Shown in pieces: positions 1 through 8,882 of a stretch of 64,000 bases of DNA; the first letter of the stretch is position 1; each line of letters begins with the position of its first letter. The DNA is from Candidatus Wolfebacteria bacterium RIFCSPLOWO2_01_FULL_47_17b. GTDB taxonomy: Bacteria; Patescibacteriota; Minisyncoccia; UBA6257; JAGOQP01. The stretch is taken from positions 60,137 to 124,136 of the forward strand of contig MGIS01000023.1 of NCBI GenBank assembly GCA_001793865.1. The letters are read 5' to 3'. The notes beneath the pieces were generated by a model. That model did no database searches. It was not told the origin of the DNA and saw nothing but the letters and a program-made list of their open reading frames with translations. The translations under genes and the position numbers were made by a program.

Positions 1-183
1 TATGACATATTCAATCACCTTTTTATTCGGCACTGGAAGCGTTCCGGGGTGCCCCATGCATATCGGGCATACGTTTTTGTTTGGCGTTATCTCTGTCGGA
101 TCGTTCAAGCAGCTGCAGAACATTTTGGTCTGCGTCAGAAGTTCGGCGTGGATTTCCAAACCAATTGTCGGAATATAGTTCAT
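1..183 (-). CDS. gatB: Asp/Glu-tRNA amidotransferase subunit B, N-terminus (runs off window)
   Basis: Manual translation MNYIPTIGLEIHAELLTQTKMFCSC...NVCPICMGHPGTLPVPNKK matches GatB N-terminal motifs. Confidence 0.93.
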   Translation of the reverse strand, partial: MNYIPTIGLEIHAELLTQTKMFCSCLNDPTEITPNKNVCPICMGHPGTLPVPNKKVIEYVI

Positions 184-258
184 ACCTCAAATTTAGCAGA
201 AAAAAGGAACGATGTAAAAATCGTTCCTTTTTTATAAAAATCAGTATACAAATCCATG

Positions 259-291
259 AAGTTCAATCTCCGCAGACCGAGGTTGAACCTC
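259..291. repeat. AGGTTCAACCT-type palindromic REP-like repeat
   Basis: AAGTTCAATCTC..GAGGTTGAACCTC; related copies at 13468, 28803, 34320, 57057. Confidence 0.75.
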
Positions 292-307
292 ATGGATTTT
301 TTGTTCC

Positions 308-733
308 TTATTCTTTTACTTCAATCCCCATTGAGCGGGCGGTGCCAGCAACTATTTTCATTGCCTGTTCCACGTCGTATGCGTTCAAATCGGCTTTTTT
401 CTTTTCAGCTATTTCTTTTAATTGCGCTTTCGTTACGCTTCCAACTTTCTGTTTGAGTATATCCCCCGCTCCTTTTTCCACTCCGGCCGCTTTTTTCAAA
501 AGATCGGATGCTGGCGGCGTTTTGAGCACAAAATCAAACGAGCGGTCTTCGTACACCGTAATAACCGCGGGAACAATGGATCCCGTCATCTCTTTGGTGG
601 CGTCGTTAAACTGCTGACAAAACTGCCCTAGGTTAATGCCGTGCGGACCAAGCGAGGTGCCCACTGGCGGCCCCGGGTTTACGGTGCCTGCCGGAAGCTG
701 TATTTTAATTTTGGTTTTTATTGCTTTGGCCAT
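308..733 (-). CDS. rplK: 50S ribosomal protein L11
   Basis: [39 protein letters not shown]; follows nusG. Confidence 0.97.
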   Translation of the reverse strand: MAKAIKTKIKIQLPAGTVNPGPPVGTSLGPHGINLGQFCQQFNDATKEMTGSIVPAVITVYEDRSFDFVLKTPPASDLLKKAAGVEKGAGDILKQKVGSVTKAQLKEIAEKKKADLNAYDVEQAMKIVAGTARSMGIEVKE

Positions 734-735
734 AT

Positions 736-1323
736 TTACATTTTTTGGATTTGCAGTGAGTCTATTTCGGTGATGGTTTCACGCCCAAATACCGGTATAG
801 ATACTCGCACACGACCGTGCTCTTCGTCAACCTCGGTAATCTTGCCTTCATAATCCTTGAACGGGCCGTCCACAACCCGCACCAGATCACCAACCGCGTA
901 TTCTACTTTGAATTTCGCTTCATGATCCTCTTCCATCCGCGAGAGCAGGTTTTCCACCTCACTCTTTGATACCGGTGTTGGTTTGGTTGGATCGGGACCT
1001 ACAAATCCCATCACGCGGGGCGTATTGCGAACCACATACCACGAATCTTCGTTGAGTATCATATCAACAAGCACGTATCCCGGGTAGATCTTTTCCTCGG
1101 TTACCTTGCGCTTGCCGTTCTTGATGCGGATTTTCTTTTCTTTGGGGACCGTGATGCTGAAAATCTTGTCGTTCATTGAGAGCGACTCCACTCGCTGTTT
1201 GAGGTAGCGAGCCACAGCGTCTTCGTAACCGGAATACGTATGCACCGCGTACCAGGCACGCAGAGATTTCGTTTTGTCGTCAATATGCAAACCCTTTGGC
1301 TTCTTTGTTTCGCTTTGTTCCAT
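736..1323 (-). CDS. nusG: Transcription antitermination factor NusG
   Basis: [33 protein letters not shown] motif [11 protein letters not shown]. Confidence 0.97.
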   Translation of the reverse strand: MEQSETKKPKGLHIDDKTKSLRAWYAVHTYSGYEDAVARYLKQRVESLSMNDKIFSITVPKEKKIRIKNGKRKVTEEKIYPGYVLVDMILNEDSWYVVRNTPRVMGFVGPDPTKPTPVSKSEVENLLSRMEEDHEAKFKVEYAVGDLVRVVDGPFKDYEGKITEVDEEHGRVRVSIPVFGRETITEIDSLQIQKM

Positions 1324-1326
1324 AGT

Positions 1327-1506
1327 TTAGAAAAAGAATTGGCTCAGGGCGTTTGAGAAGATAATATCCAATATGCCCAAGAAGATAGCGACTCCAAGCG
1401 AAAAGCCGATAACGATAAGCGTAAGTTTGGTAGTTTCCTGGCGCGTTGGCCAGTTCACCTTCTTCAACTCCGTATATGATTCGGTCAAGTATGATTTAAT
1501 ACCCAT
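1327..1506 (-). CDS. secE: Preprotein translocase SecE (59 aa, absent from ORF track)
   Basis: MGIKSYLTESYTELKKVNWPTRQETTKLTLIVIGFSLGVAIFLGILD..; ELKKVxWP motif directly upstream of nusG. Confidence 0.93.
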   Translation of the reverse strand: MGIKSYLTESYTELKKVNWPTRQETTKLTLIVIGFSLGVAIFLGILDIIFSNALSQFFF

Positions 1507-1557
1507 GGTATTTAAAAACCCCGTCGGGGCACCCCCTGATAGTACTCTTGTAACCCT

Positions 1558-4500
1558 TTAGATGTCAAGATTGGACACCATCGACGCGCGGCTCTGAATG
1601 AAATGCTTGCGCGGCGCAACCTTTTCTCCCATCAGCACGTCAAACAGGCGGTCAGCTTCCTGCGCATCCTCAATGGTCACCCTTTTCAACAAGCGTGTGG
1701 CGGGATCCATAGTTGTTTCCCATAGCTGCTGCGGATTCATTTCCCCCAATCCTTTATACCGCTGGATGGAAATACCGCCCTGTGTCTTTGCCTTGGTAAA
1801 CTCCGCTGCTATTTTTTCTTTTTCTTCGTCGTCGAATGCGTACTTGAACTCCTTGCCCGACTGCACACGATACAGTGGCGGCTGGGCTATATATATATAC
1901 CCATTTTCGATTATCGCGCGAAAATGGCGGAAGAATAGAGTTAAAAGGAGCGTGCGGATATGCGCGCCGTCCACGTCGGCATCGGTCATAATAATGATCT
2001 TGTGGTAGCGGATTTTGTCCACCAGAAAGTCCGCGCCTATGGCAGTACCGAGCGCGATAACCAGCGATTTTATCTCATTGTTCGCGAGCATTTTATCAAG
2101 CCGTGCTTTCTCCACGTTTAATATTTTCCCCCGCAGAGGCAGAATTGCCTGCGTTCTCCTATCCCTTCCCTGCTTACCGCTATTGTGTACAAAAACCCCT
2201 GATGCAAGGGCGAAGTTATGCGTTTCCGGCACTTCTATATCGTATACGTCAATCTTTTCTTTGAGCGTGGTGATTTCTTTTATCTTATGGTTGAAATGCA
2301 TCGCCGCTTCTTTCATCTTTTTTTCGTCGCCGCCAAAAAATCTTCCGCACACGGTATCGTATCGGATCAGACTTTTGTCATTTAACGCTTTTCGCAGCTC
2401 ATTATATGCATCCGTGCTTATTGCATGCTTTTTTTCGTACAAGTCGTGCATTGCGCCCAATGCTTTATTGAGATATGTCTGGTTGTATGTTTTCTTCCTT
2501 TTTTCTCTAAATTCAGGTGTCCATTGCTTTTTTGTTTCTTCTCTGCGCCATACGCGCAAATCTTCATCTTGCCACTGTTTTTTTGAAAGTTTTGAAAGTT
2601 CTGTCTTTCTTTCAGGATGTGATTCAAAAAACTCTCTTACCCGTTTTGCCTGCGCTTTCCTGTTCTTTTCATTTGCCCAATATGCCGCCTGCGCCTTATT
2701 GAGTGCCTCTTTATTTGCTTCTCGATACTCAGAATGCGAGTAATAAAACGCAAGGAATTTCTCCATCATATACTCCTTATAATCCTTGTCTTGCCATTGT
2801 TTTTTTGCCCGCGTGCTAAGCAGTTTTTTCATATCCGGCGTTGACATAATCTCACTCATCCTTCTTCGGAATTCCAGCGACTGTTTTATGATGCGGCATT
2901 TTTCTTTTACGTCTTCACGGTGAATCGTCTTGTCCAGCTGCGTTGTATGGTAGAAAAAATGCTCCATTCTGGGCATGCGTACCAAATTATCCGGATTGTT
3001 ATTCCGTTTGTTAAAATCCTTGTGGTGTACTGCCTCATTGACTCCTTTTTTGTACACACCGCTTTTTATGTTGTGCGCGTCCGAGAGCAAATGCGCGAAT
3101 ATCCACCTGTGCGACGCGGGACTAAATACCATTTCATACCCTTTAATAGTTATTCGCTTCCCTAGTCGTGAGAGCTGGCGGTACAGCGGCATAAGCGAAT
3201 CGGATGTGGTTAAATCCTTTGCCTGCTTGTATTCGCCGTTTTTAAGCATAAACCGATGATCGGGCGTGCATATGATTTCCTCTCCGTTATCCAAAACCAC
3301 CTTCAATACTTCGGAATTCTTTTTCGTTATTCTCGGGTTTGTGATCAGCACTATAGCAACATCGCCGTTTTTATCTATCGTATAGCAATAATTTTTCTTT
3401 CCCTCTGTATGTTCTTTCACCAGCTCCTTAAAGGAAACATGCCTCCCGTCTGCAAGAGCAACTTTTGTATCACCCGAAAAACATCCGCCCGCGGAATCTC
3501 CCTCTACAATAAACAGTTCCGATTCGGCTGGGTCTTTGGACGAGCAGTCGGCAAGTTTACCTGGCAGCGTAAGCCCTTCGAACGGGCCTTTGCGCAGAAC
3601 CGTCTCCTTTGCCGCTTTTGCTGCCTTGCGAGCCTTTGCCGCGAGTAGCGCCTTGTTTATGATAACCCGCGCGTCTCCGCTGTATTTCTGGAAAAATTCT
3701 TTCAACCCTTCGGAGACGACGGCCTCCACCGCGGTGCGGGCGGGCGGGTTTCCGAGCCGCGCTTTAGTCTGCCCTTCAAATTGCGGTTCGCGCAATTTTA
3801 TGGATACCACCGCTACCAGGCCCTCACGAACATCGTCTCCCGTGAAATTTTCCTCTTTCTCTTTGACGGCCCCGCTTTCACGCGCGAAATCATTCAGTGC
3901 GCGAGTCAGTGCGGTTCGGAATCCTGTCAGGTGCATTCCCCCGTCCATTGTATAAATGTTATTCGCAAAGCTCAGCTCCTGTGTCTCGGGATCGTTGTTA
4001 TACGTGAATGCGACTTCCACGGGCATTCCCTCATACTCTTTGTTTACATAAAAAGGCGTATCTTGAATTTTGTCTCCGTATTCATTCAAGTAGGACAAAA
4101 ATGAAAGCAATCCTCCTTCAAAACAAAAAGCATAGTACAGCGGCACCTCGGCCCGTGCGTCAATAATTTCGATTTTCACCCCTTTGACCAAAAACGCCTG
4201 CTGACGGAGGTGATCGATTATTTTTTTACGATCATATTCTATTTTCGAAAATATTTCTTCGTCGGCTTGGAATGTGATTTTGGTCCCGGTACGGTCTGTT
4301 TTTCCGATTTTTTTGACGTTATACTGCGGTGCTCCGATCTTGTATTCCTGCACATACATACCACCGTCCTTATGCACTTCGGCCTTGAGATGCCTGGAGA
4401 GCGCGTTTACTACCGAAACTCCCACGCCGTGCAACCCTCCCGACACCTTATACGAATCTCCTCCGAATTTTCCTCCCGCGTGTAGCGTGCAGAGCGCGGT

Positions 4501-4794
4501 CTCAAGCGCGGATTTTTTCGTCTTGGGGTGGATGTCAACCGGGATTCCTCTTCCATCGTCGGTAACTGAAATCACGTTATCGTCCAGCAATTCGACACGG
4601 ATATTCTTGGCGTATCCCGCCATCGCTTCGTCTATGGAGTTGTCCACCACTTCCCAGACCAGATGGTGCAATCCCTCGGTTCCGGTGGAACCGATATACA
4701 TACCGGGGCGCTTACGAACCGGTTCGAGCCCTTCCAGGACGTATATATCTTTCGCGCTGTAACTGTCTTTTTTTTCCTCTTTTTTATCGGCCAT
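1558..4794 (-). CDS. gyrB: DNA gyrase subunit B, intein-containing
   Basis: LEGLEPVRKRPGMYIGS, EVVDNSIDE, GLHGVG, EGDSAGG, MTDADVDG, QRYKGLGEMN. Confidence 0.97.
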   Translation of the reverse strand: MADKKEEKKDSYSAKDIYVLEGLEPVRKRPGMYIGSTGTEGLHHLVWEVVDNSIDEAMAGYAKNIRVELLDDNVISVTDDGRGIPVDIHPKTKKSALETALCTLHAGGKFGGDSYKVSGGLHGVGVSVVNALSRHLKAEVHKDGGMYVQEYKIGAPQYNVKKIGKTDRTGTKITFQADEEIFSKIEYDRKKIIDHLRQQAFLVKGVKIEIIDARAEVPLYYAFCFEGGLLSFLSYLNEYGDKIQDTPFYVNKEYEGMPVEVAFTYNNDPETQELSFANNIYTMDGGMHLTGFRTALTRALNDFARESGAVKEKEENFTGDDVREGLVAVVSIKLREPQFEGQTKARLGNPPARTAVEAVVSEGLKEFFQKYSGDARVIINKALLAAKARKAAKAAKETVLRKGPFEGLTLPGKLADCSSKDPAESELFIVEGDSAGGCFSGDTKVALADGRHVSFKELVKEHTEGKKNYCYTIDKNGDVAIVLITNPRITKKNSEVLKVVLDNGEEIICTPDHRFMLKNGEYKQAKDLTTSDSLMPLYRQLSRLGKRITIKGYEMVFSPASHRWIFAHLLSDAHNIKSGVYKKGVNEAVHHKDFNKRNNNPDNLVRMPRMEHFFYHTTQLDKTIHREDVKEKCRIIKQSLEFRRRMSEIMSTPDMKKLLSTRAKKQWQDKDYKEYMMEKFLAFYYSHSEYREANKEALNKAQAAYWANEKNRKAQAKRVREFFESHPERKTELSKLSKKQWQDEDLRVWRREETKKQWTPEFREKRKKTYNQTYLNKALGAMHDLYEKKHAISTDAYNELRKALNDKSLIRYDTVCGRFFGGDEKKMKEAAMHFNHKIKEITTLKEKIDVYDIEVPETHNFALASGVFVHNSGKQGRDRRTQAILPLRGKILNVEKARLDKMLANNEIKSLVIALGTAIGADFLVDKIRYHKIIIMTDADVDGAHIRTLLLTLFFRHFRAIIENGYIYIAQPPLYRVQSGKEFKYAFDDEEKEKIAAEFTKAKTQGGISIQRYKGLGEMNPQQLWETTMDPATRLLKRVTIEDAQEADRLFDVLMGEKVAPRKHFIQSRASMVSNLDI
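2182..3483 (-). mobile_element. Intein (434 aa) with HNH homing endonuclease in the GyrB TOPRIM motif
   Basis: EGDSAGG|CFSGDT...TPDHRF...HNFALASGVFVHN|SGKQGRD; HNH motif VHHKDFNKRNNNPDNL. Confidence 0.95.
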
Positions 4795-4803
4795 AATGCG
4801 AAA

Positions 4804-4832
4804 AGTATAGCATAAAATAATGCCTATTTCAA
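4804..4832 (-). promoter_or_regulatory. sigma70 promoter of gyrB
   Basis: TTGAAA-17-TATACT, with 9 nt between the -10 box and the ATG. Confidence 0.65.
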
Positions 4833-4859
4833 CTTCACGTACTGAATGATAACCTCTCT

Positions 4860-5129
4860 TTAGAGGCTGTTTATATCGTTATCTACGGACTCAAATTCCG
4901 CGTCAATATCCCCTTGCACTGACGCATCCAATTCCTGCTCAAGCCCCTGCAGAGAGTCGGGCGATGCTGACACTGCCGGAGATGGTGAAATCTGTGGACT
5001 CGGAGAGGAAAGAGGAAGACCTCCTTCATCAAAGATTGCGGGGTTTGTCGTTTGCGTACTATCGAGCCAGAACCATACAGCAGCTAATACGATAACGAAG
5101 ATGAGAATGTATACTATTTTGTGGGTCAT
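4860..5129 (-). CDS. Small single-pass membrane protein
   Basis: N-terminal TM helix, Pro/Ser linker, acidic C-terminus. Confidence 0.7.
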   Translation of the reverse strand: MTHKIVYILIFVIVLAAVWFWLDSTQTTNPAIFDEGGLPLSSPSPQISPSPAVSASPDSLQGLEQELDASVQGDIDAEFESVDNDINSL

Positions 5130-5147
5130 AGAAAAAGATTATTACGT

Positions 5148-5966
5148 TTATGAAGAAGGCGACGATGTTGCCGTTGGAGATGGAGACAATGAGGGGGATG
5201 GACTTGGAGAAACAAGCGGCGATGGCGATAGTGACGGTGATGGTGCCGGCGACGGTCTTGTTCTCGCCGGAGTAAGCGCTTGTATTGCCTCCCGTACCGC
5301 TTCGCGTGCTTTGTGCACAAGATCGCGGAGTGCTTTCAAGTCACGTGCCATTTGAGACCGCACACCGCCAACGTTATTTCTGAGCTGGTCTTCGCCGGTT
5401 ACGGTAATCTCGTATACCTTGCCGGTCGCGTCGCGTATCGCGGTGCTTGCCTCGTCTATCGTGTCTTGCGCGGCCGCTATGGCTCTGAGGGCCGCGTCTA
5501 CATCCACGCCTTCTTCTTCAAGCGAGTTTGCCCGTTCCACGACTCGATCGAGCACGCCTTGGATCTTACCTATCGCTTGTGATAGGTTTTCCAGGATGCG
5601 CTCATACACCTGCGCGAGCGTTTCGTCCACGCGCTCCACTATCCGCCGTTTCGCCTCGTCTTTAACTGTTTGCAAGCGTTCACGAAGCGTTTGTTTTACT
5701 TCTTCACGCTTTTGCTGAAAGTTTGCCTTTCTCTGATCGAGAGCGGCTTTGAATTCCTCCTTTCTATCCTGGGCCTGCGTCTGGTATTCCAAGCGCCGAG
5801 CCTCAAGCTGCTGTTTGAATTCACTCGTGGCCTGATTTCTTTGGTCGACCATGTTTTGTAAGGCGTCTGTGCGCCTCTGTTGCGTCCGTGCTGGCGTTTG
5901 TGCCAATGCCGGCAGTGCGCTCATTATAAACGCGCCGAGCAGCATAAAAATGACTATTTTCTTCAT
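5148..5966 (-). CDS. Secreted coiled-coil protein with Ser/Pro tail
   Basis: Signal peptide ending ALA-Q, long helical heptads, SPSP tail. Confidence 0.75.
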   Translation of the reverse strand: MKKIVIFMLLGAFIMSALPALAQTPARTQQRRTDALQNMVDQRNQATSEFKQQLEARRLEYQTQAQDRKEEFKAALDQRKANFQQKREEVKQTLRERLQTVKDEAKRRIVERVDETLAQVYERILENLSQAIGKIQGVLDRVVERANSLEEEGVDVDAALRAIAAAQDTIDEASTAIRDATGKVYEITVTGEDQLRNNVGGVRSQMARDLKALRDLVHKAREAVREAIQALTPARTRPSPAPSPSLSPSPLVSPSPSPSLSPSPTATSSPSS

Positions 5967-6011
5967 AGCTTTAGTATATCACATATGGACAGCTTCCGTG
6001 TGGATGAATTT

Positions 6012-6087
6012 TGGGTGAGCAACGGGGGTTGAACCCGTGGCCTCCAGGGCCACAACCTGGCGCTCTACCAACTGAGCTATGCCCACC
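6012..6087 (-). tRNA. tRNA-His(GTG)
   Basis: GGTGGGCATAGCTCAGTTGGTAGAGCGCCAGGTTGTGGCCCTGG..GGTTCAACCCC..CTCACCCA. Confidence 0.95.
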
Positions 6088-6096
6088 ATCTTTACA

Positions 6097-6552
6097 CTAT
6101 TTAATTCCTCGCTTGAGTAATATACGTCTTGTATATCCCCAGTCAAGGCCAACTTTTTTTCCAATCTTCCTATAAGAAGCTCCCTTAAGCCTCATTTCTT
6201 CTGCTATTGATATTTTTCTCTCTAAAACTTTCTTTCGATTTTCTTTTTTAGCAAAATACTCATCGAGGGCTTTTATTGTTTTTTGAGCAATACCCTTTTT
6301 AACTACTAAGAATTTATTTACCCCTTTTATAAAGGAATAAACATCTTCTTGACGAGCAATATAATATATCCAGCTATCTTTCCAGTGCTTTTTTCTTTTT
6401 GTCACTTTGGCAACCTTTCCGAAACCGCAAAAATCCGTGATGTCTTTAAGGACATCCTCGTTCGTCTGTGCTATATAAATTCTAAAACCTTTGCCGTTGT
6501 GACAGATTGAACCTTCTCCATCGAAAAAGCCCGCCACATAGTTCCAGCTCAT
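6097..6552 (-). CDS. Free-standing LAGLIDADG endonuclease-like protein with C-terminal HTH
   Basis: MSWNYVAGFFDGEGSI motif; C-terminal GASYRKIGKKVGLDWGYTRR HTH; AT-rich. Confidence 0.85.
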   Translation of the reverse strand: MSWNYVAGFFDGEGSICHNGKGFRIYIAQTNEDVLKDITDFCGFGKVAKVTKRKKHWKDSWIYYIARQEDVYSFIKGVNKFLVVKKGIAQKTIKALDEYFAKKENRKKVLERKISIAEEMRLKGASYRKIGKKVGLDWGYTRRILLKRGIK

Positions 6553-6622
6553 AGTATACTCAGAATACAGTTTTTGTGTGGCATCGTCAATATTGTCCAC
6601 TTATATTAGATACCACATCCGC

Positions 6623-6889
6623 TTATACCTTATGCACCTTTGCGTTTTCGTGAGATGCCTTGTTCACTTTAATCGCAACCTCATCCCCCTTTTTTCCTTT
6701 CTTTATCTTTTCGTGATCTATTTCCATTGATTCCACTTGCTGGGTGAATTCGCTCTCACCGTGCACAAATTTAACTTCGTCCCCTACCGAAAGCGGTGCC
6801 GAAAGTTTTACCACCGCCACCATCGCCTTGTCAAAGTAATGGATGACTTTTCCTATTTCCTTATCTTTTTTATTTTTACCAAAAAACAT
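6623..6889 (-). CDS. Small translation-factor-like beta-barrel protein (U32 C-terminal-like)
   Basis: IGKVIHYFDKAMVAVVKL..LSVGDEV..SMEIDH..KKGDEVAIKV. Confidence 0.7.
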   Translation of the reverse strand: MFFGKNKKDKEIGKVIHYFDKAMVAVVKLSAPLSVGDEVKFVHGESEFTQQVESMEIDHEKIKKGKKGDEVAIKVNKASHENAKVHKV

Positions 6890-7000
6890 ATTTTTTATTT
6901 TTCTTATTTCCGACCTTTCCCAGTATATCAACAACGATTTAATCCTGCGGATTTCAGCCGAAGGCTGAAAATATCGTTGTTGTATTACTGGGTTTCTTGG

Positions 7001-7339
7001 TTATGAATAGAGTAAAATGCCGAGTACGACCAGAAAATTTACTATTAAGAAAAGCCCGTCTCCAACAAGCAAATATTTTTCCTTATGTACAGTCGCGTAT
7101 GTGATTGAGATGATAGAGATGACCAGGTATGATGACCAGGTTGTGAGCGAAAGTCCGCTGATCGCGTGATCCCTCCATACCGTAAGCACTTGCGGAAGGG
7201 AAAAGAGCGGCCCTACCATGCCGGCAAAAAGCACGGTAAAATCGAGCGCTCGAACCCACTTGCTTGGATGCGGGTATTCCTGCAATTTTTGATAGGTTCT
7301 CTTTCTGGTATGCAGATGGTGTATCGCTCCTCCTCTCAT
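7001..7339 (-). CDS. PQ-loop / SemiSWEET-like membrane protein
   Basis: SLPQV motif, GLSLTTW, three TM helices. Confidence 0.75.
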   Translation of the reverse strand: MRGGAIHHLHTRKRTYQKLQEYPHPSKWVRALDFTVLFAGMVGPLFSLPQVLTVWRDHAISGLSLTTWSSYLVISIISITYATVHKEKYLLVGDGLFLIVNFLVVLGILLYS

Positions 7340-7369
7340 TTGGATATTATAGCACAAAGATCTTTTGCT

Positions 7370-7877
7370 GTACTCCCGAAGGGAATCTCACAAATTCACT
7401 TCGTGAATTTTTAAAACCCTGCGGTTTTAATATTTCCGCTACGGGACGTTTACAAAACGTCCCGACCCCCAAAGATTCAATTTCCTTGTGAAGTATAAAT
7501 CAAATTATCCCAAAAAGGGAAAATTTGATTTATGGAAAGTGAAAAGTGATATGGACGGAAAGCTGGAGCAACTTGCCCTACGGATTGAAGAGGAAGAAGA
7601 AAAAGAACTGGTAACGGCGGATATCCTGGATGAAATCCTTCAATTCTCAAAGAATATCTACACCGCCTATATGAAAGCCCCTCACTTCATCAAAAGGCAT
7701 TATCTCGGCTTCTTTTGGGATAAGTTTGAGGTTGTGGACGGAGTTATAATAAAATCCTATCCCTCCCTCCTTTTTCAACAACTTTTGGATATCCAACGGG
7801 CATACATCGAAGCCCTTAAAATCAAGAAACACCCTAAGAACAAGGGTGTTTCTTCGGTTATAATAAACCAGTATCAG
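7370..7877. mobile_element. Decayed tRNA-Arg-integrated element remnant
   Basis: Partial tRNA 3' end copy TACTCCCGAAGGGAATC at ~7370 vs TGCTCCCGAAGGGAATC at 7878; three hairpins at 7392-7464; recombinase-like fragment inside. Confidence 0.6.
7488..7877 (+). pseudogene. Probable C-terminal fragment of a large serine recombinase
   Basis: Coiled coil, then ..APHFIKRHYLGFFWDKFEVVDG..; reads into the tRNA 3' end; no catalytic domain present. Confidence 0.5.
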
Positions 7878-7949
7878 TGCTCCCGAAGGGAATCGAACCC
7901 CTATTCTCTCCTTAGAAGGGAGATGTTTTATCCATTAAACTACGGGAGC
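7878..7949 (-). tRNA. tRNA-Arg(TCT)
   Basis: GCTCCCGTAGTTTAATGGATAAAAC-TCTCC-CTTCTAA-GGAGA..GGTTCGATTCC..GGGAGCA. Confidence 0.95.
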
Positions 7950-8062
7950 GAGATGTTTTGATTGTATGCGGAAAAATGTCCAAAATCAACACAAACTTGT
8001 CAAGATACAGATTGTGTTGTAATATATCGGCAGTTGCTAAAAATAAAATAAAAGGTGTAAGA

Positions 8063-8392
8063 ATGAAGTTCTCTATCAAAAAACAAGAGCATGGAACGGT
8101 TGTTTCATTGAGGGGCGATATCATGAGCTTCGAGCCTGAATTCAGAGAAGCTCTGATAAACACCGTACAAGACGGGAAAAATCCTATCGTGCTGGATTTA
8201 GAAAAAGTAAAATTTGTAAACGCTTCCGGGCTTGGTGTTTTTCTTCAATGCCATATTCTTGCGAAGAAAGCTGGCCGCTCATTGAGAATAGCCAATGCTC
8301 CTGAAAAAGTTTTGTCGCTTTTTGTCATCACAAAGTTTTCTTCCGTATTCCAAATATTTGACTCTGTGGAAAAGGCGCTTAATGCCGCCTGA
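8063..8392 (+). CDS. STAS-domain / anti-sigma factor antagonist
   Basis: IVLDLEKVKFVNASGLGVFL motif. Confidence 0.85.
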   Translation: MKFSIKKQEHGTVVSLRGDIMSFEPEFREALINTVQDGKNPIVLDLEKVKFVNASGLGVFLQCHILAKKAGRSLRIANAPEKVLSLFVITKFSSVFQIFDSVEKALNAA

Positions 8393-8406
8393 CCCTAATG
8401 ATTCCG

Positions 8407-8432
8407 ATCTCCCACACAGTGGGAGATTTTTT
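8407..8432 (+). terminator. Intrinsic terminator
   Basis: ATCTCCCAC-ACA-GTGGGAGAT followed by a T run. Confidence 0.65.
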
Positions 8433-8433
8433 G

Positions 8434-8725
8434 TGCCGCGGGAGGGAATTGAACCCCCGACGCCATCCTCTTCCAAGGATAATTTGGACTATATCACTTC
8501 CGTCTCATTTTGAGATACGGAATCGGGCGCTTCGTCCCAATTTGCACTGGGACTACTCTCTTTCGAGATAGTCTCTACACCTTCCCCGACATAACGTCGG
8601 GGCTTGGCTCGGGATCGTCTTTTTTAAAAAAGGTTTCCCCCGAATTCACCCGATTTTTCAATCTACATTACTATAGAAAGCCCCAAAGAGTTTAGGGATG
8701 CGCTCTACCACTGAGCTACCGCGGC
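8434..8725 (-). tRNA. tRNA-Phe(GAA), split by an intron (exons 8694-8725 and 8434-8473)
   Basis: Spliced GCCGCGGTAGCTCAGTGGTAGAGCGCATCCCT|GAAGAGGATGGCGTCGGGGGTTCAATTCCCTCCCGCGGCA folds into a cloverleaf with loop CT-GAA-GA. Confidence 0.93.
8474..8693 (-). ncRNA. Group I intron (220 nt, no ORF)
   Basis: Follows exon U33 and ends in G; P1 CCCU/GGGG with U.G pair; P10 CUCUUU/GAAGAG; core motifs GGUGAAUUCGGGGGAA, AUCCCGAGCCAAG, GUAGAGACUA, GAUAUAGUCC. Confidence 0.92.
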
Positions 8726-8777
8726 AAATATATTAAATTTTCCTAACAATAACAAAGATTTTGCGAACTTTCAATTG

Positions 8778-8849
8778 TCGGGCCGCCGAGATTCGAACTC
8801 GGATTAAAACGTCCCAAACGTCTCGTGCTAGCCATTGCACTACGGCCCG
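8778..8849 (-). tRNA. tRNA-Pro(TGG)
   Basis: CGGGCCGTAGTGCAATGGCTAGCACGAGACG-TTTGGGA-CGTTT..GTTCGAATC..GGCCCGA. Confidence 0.93.
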
Positions 8850-8882
8850 ATGACTGCACTTTATCCTTTTTTCCTTCACCTT

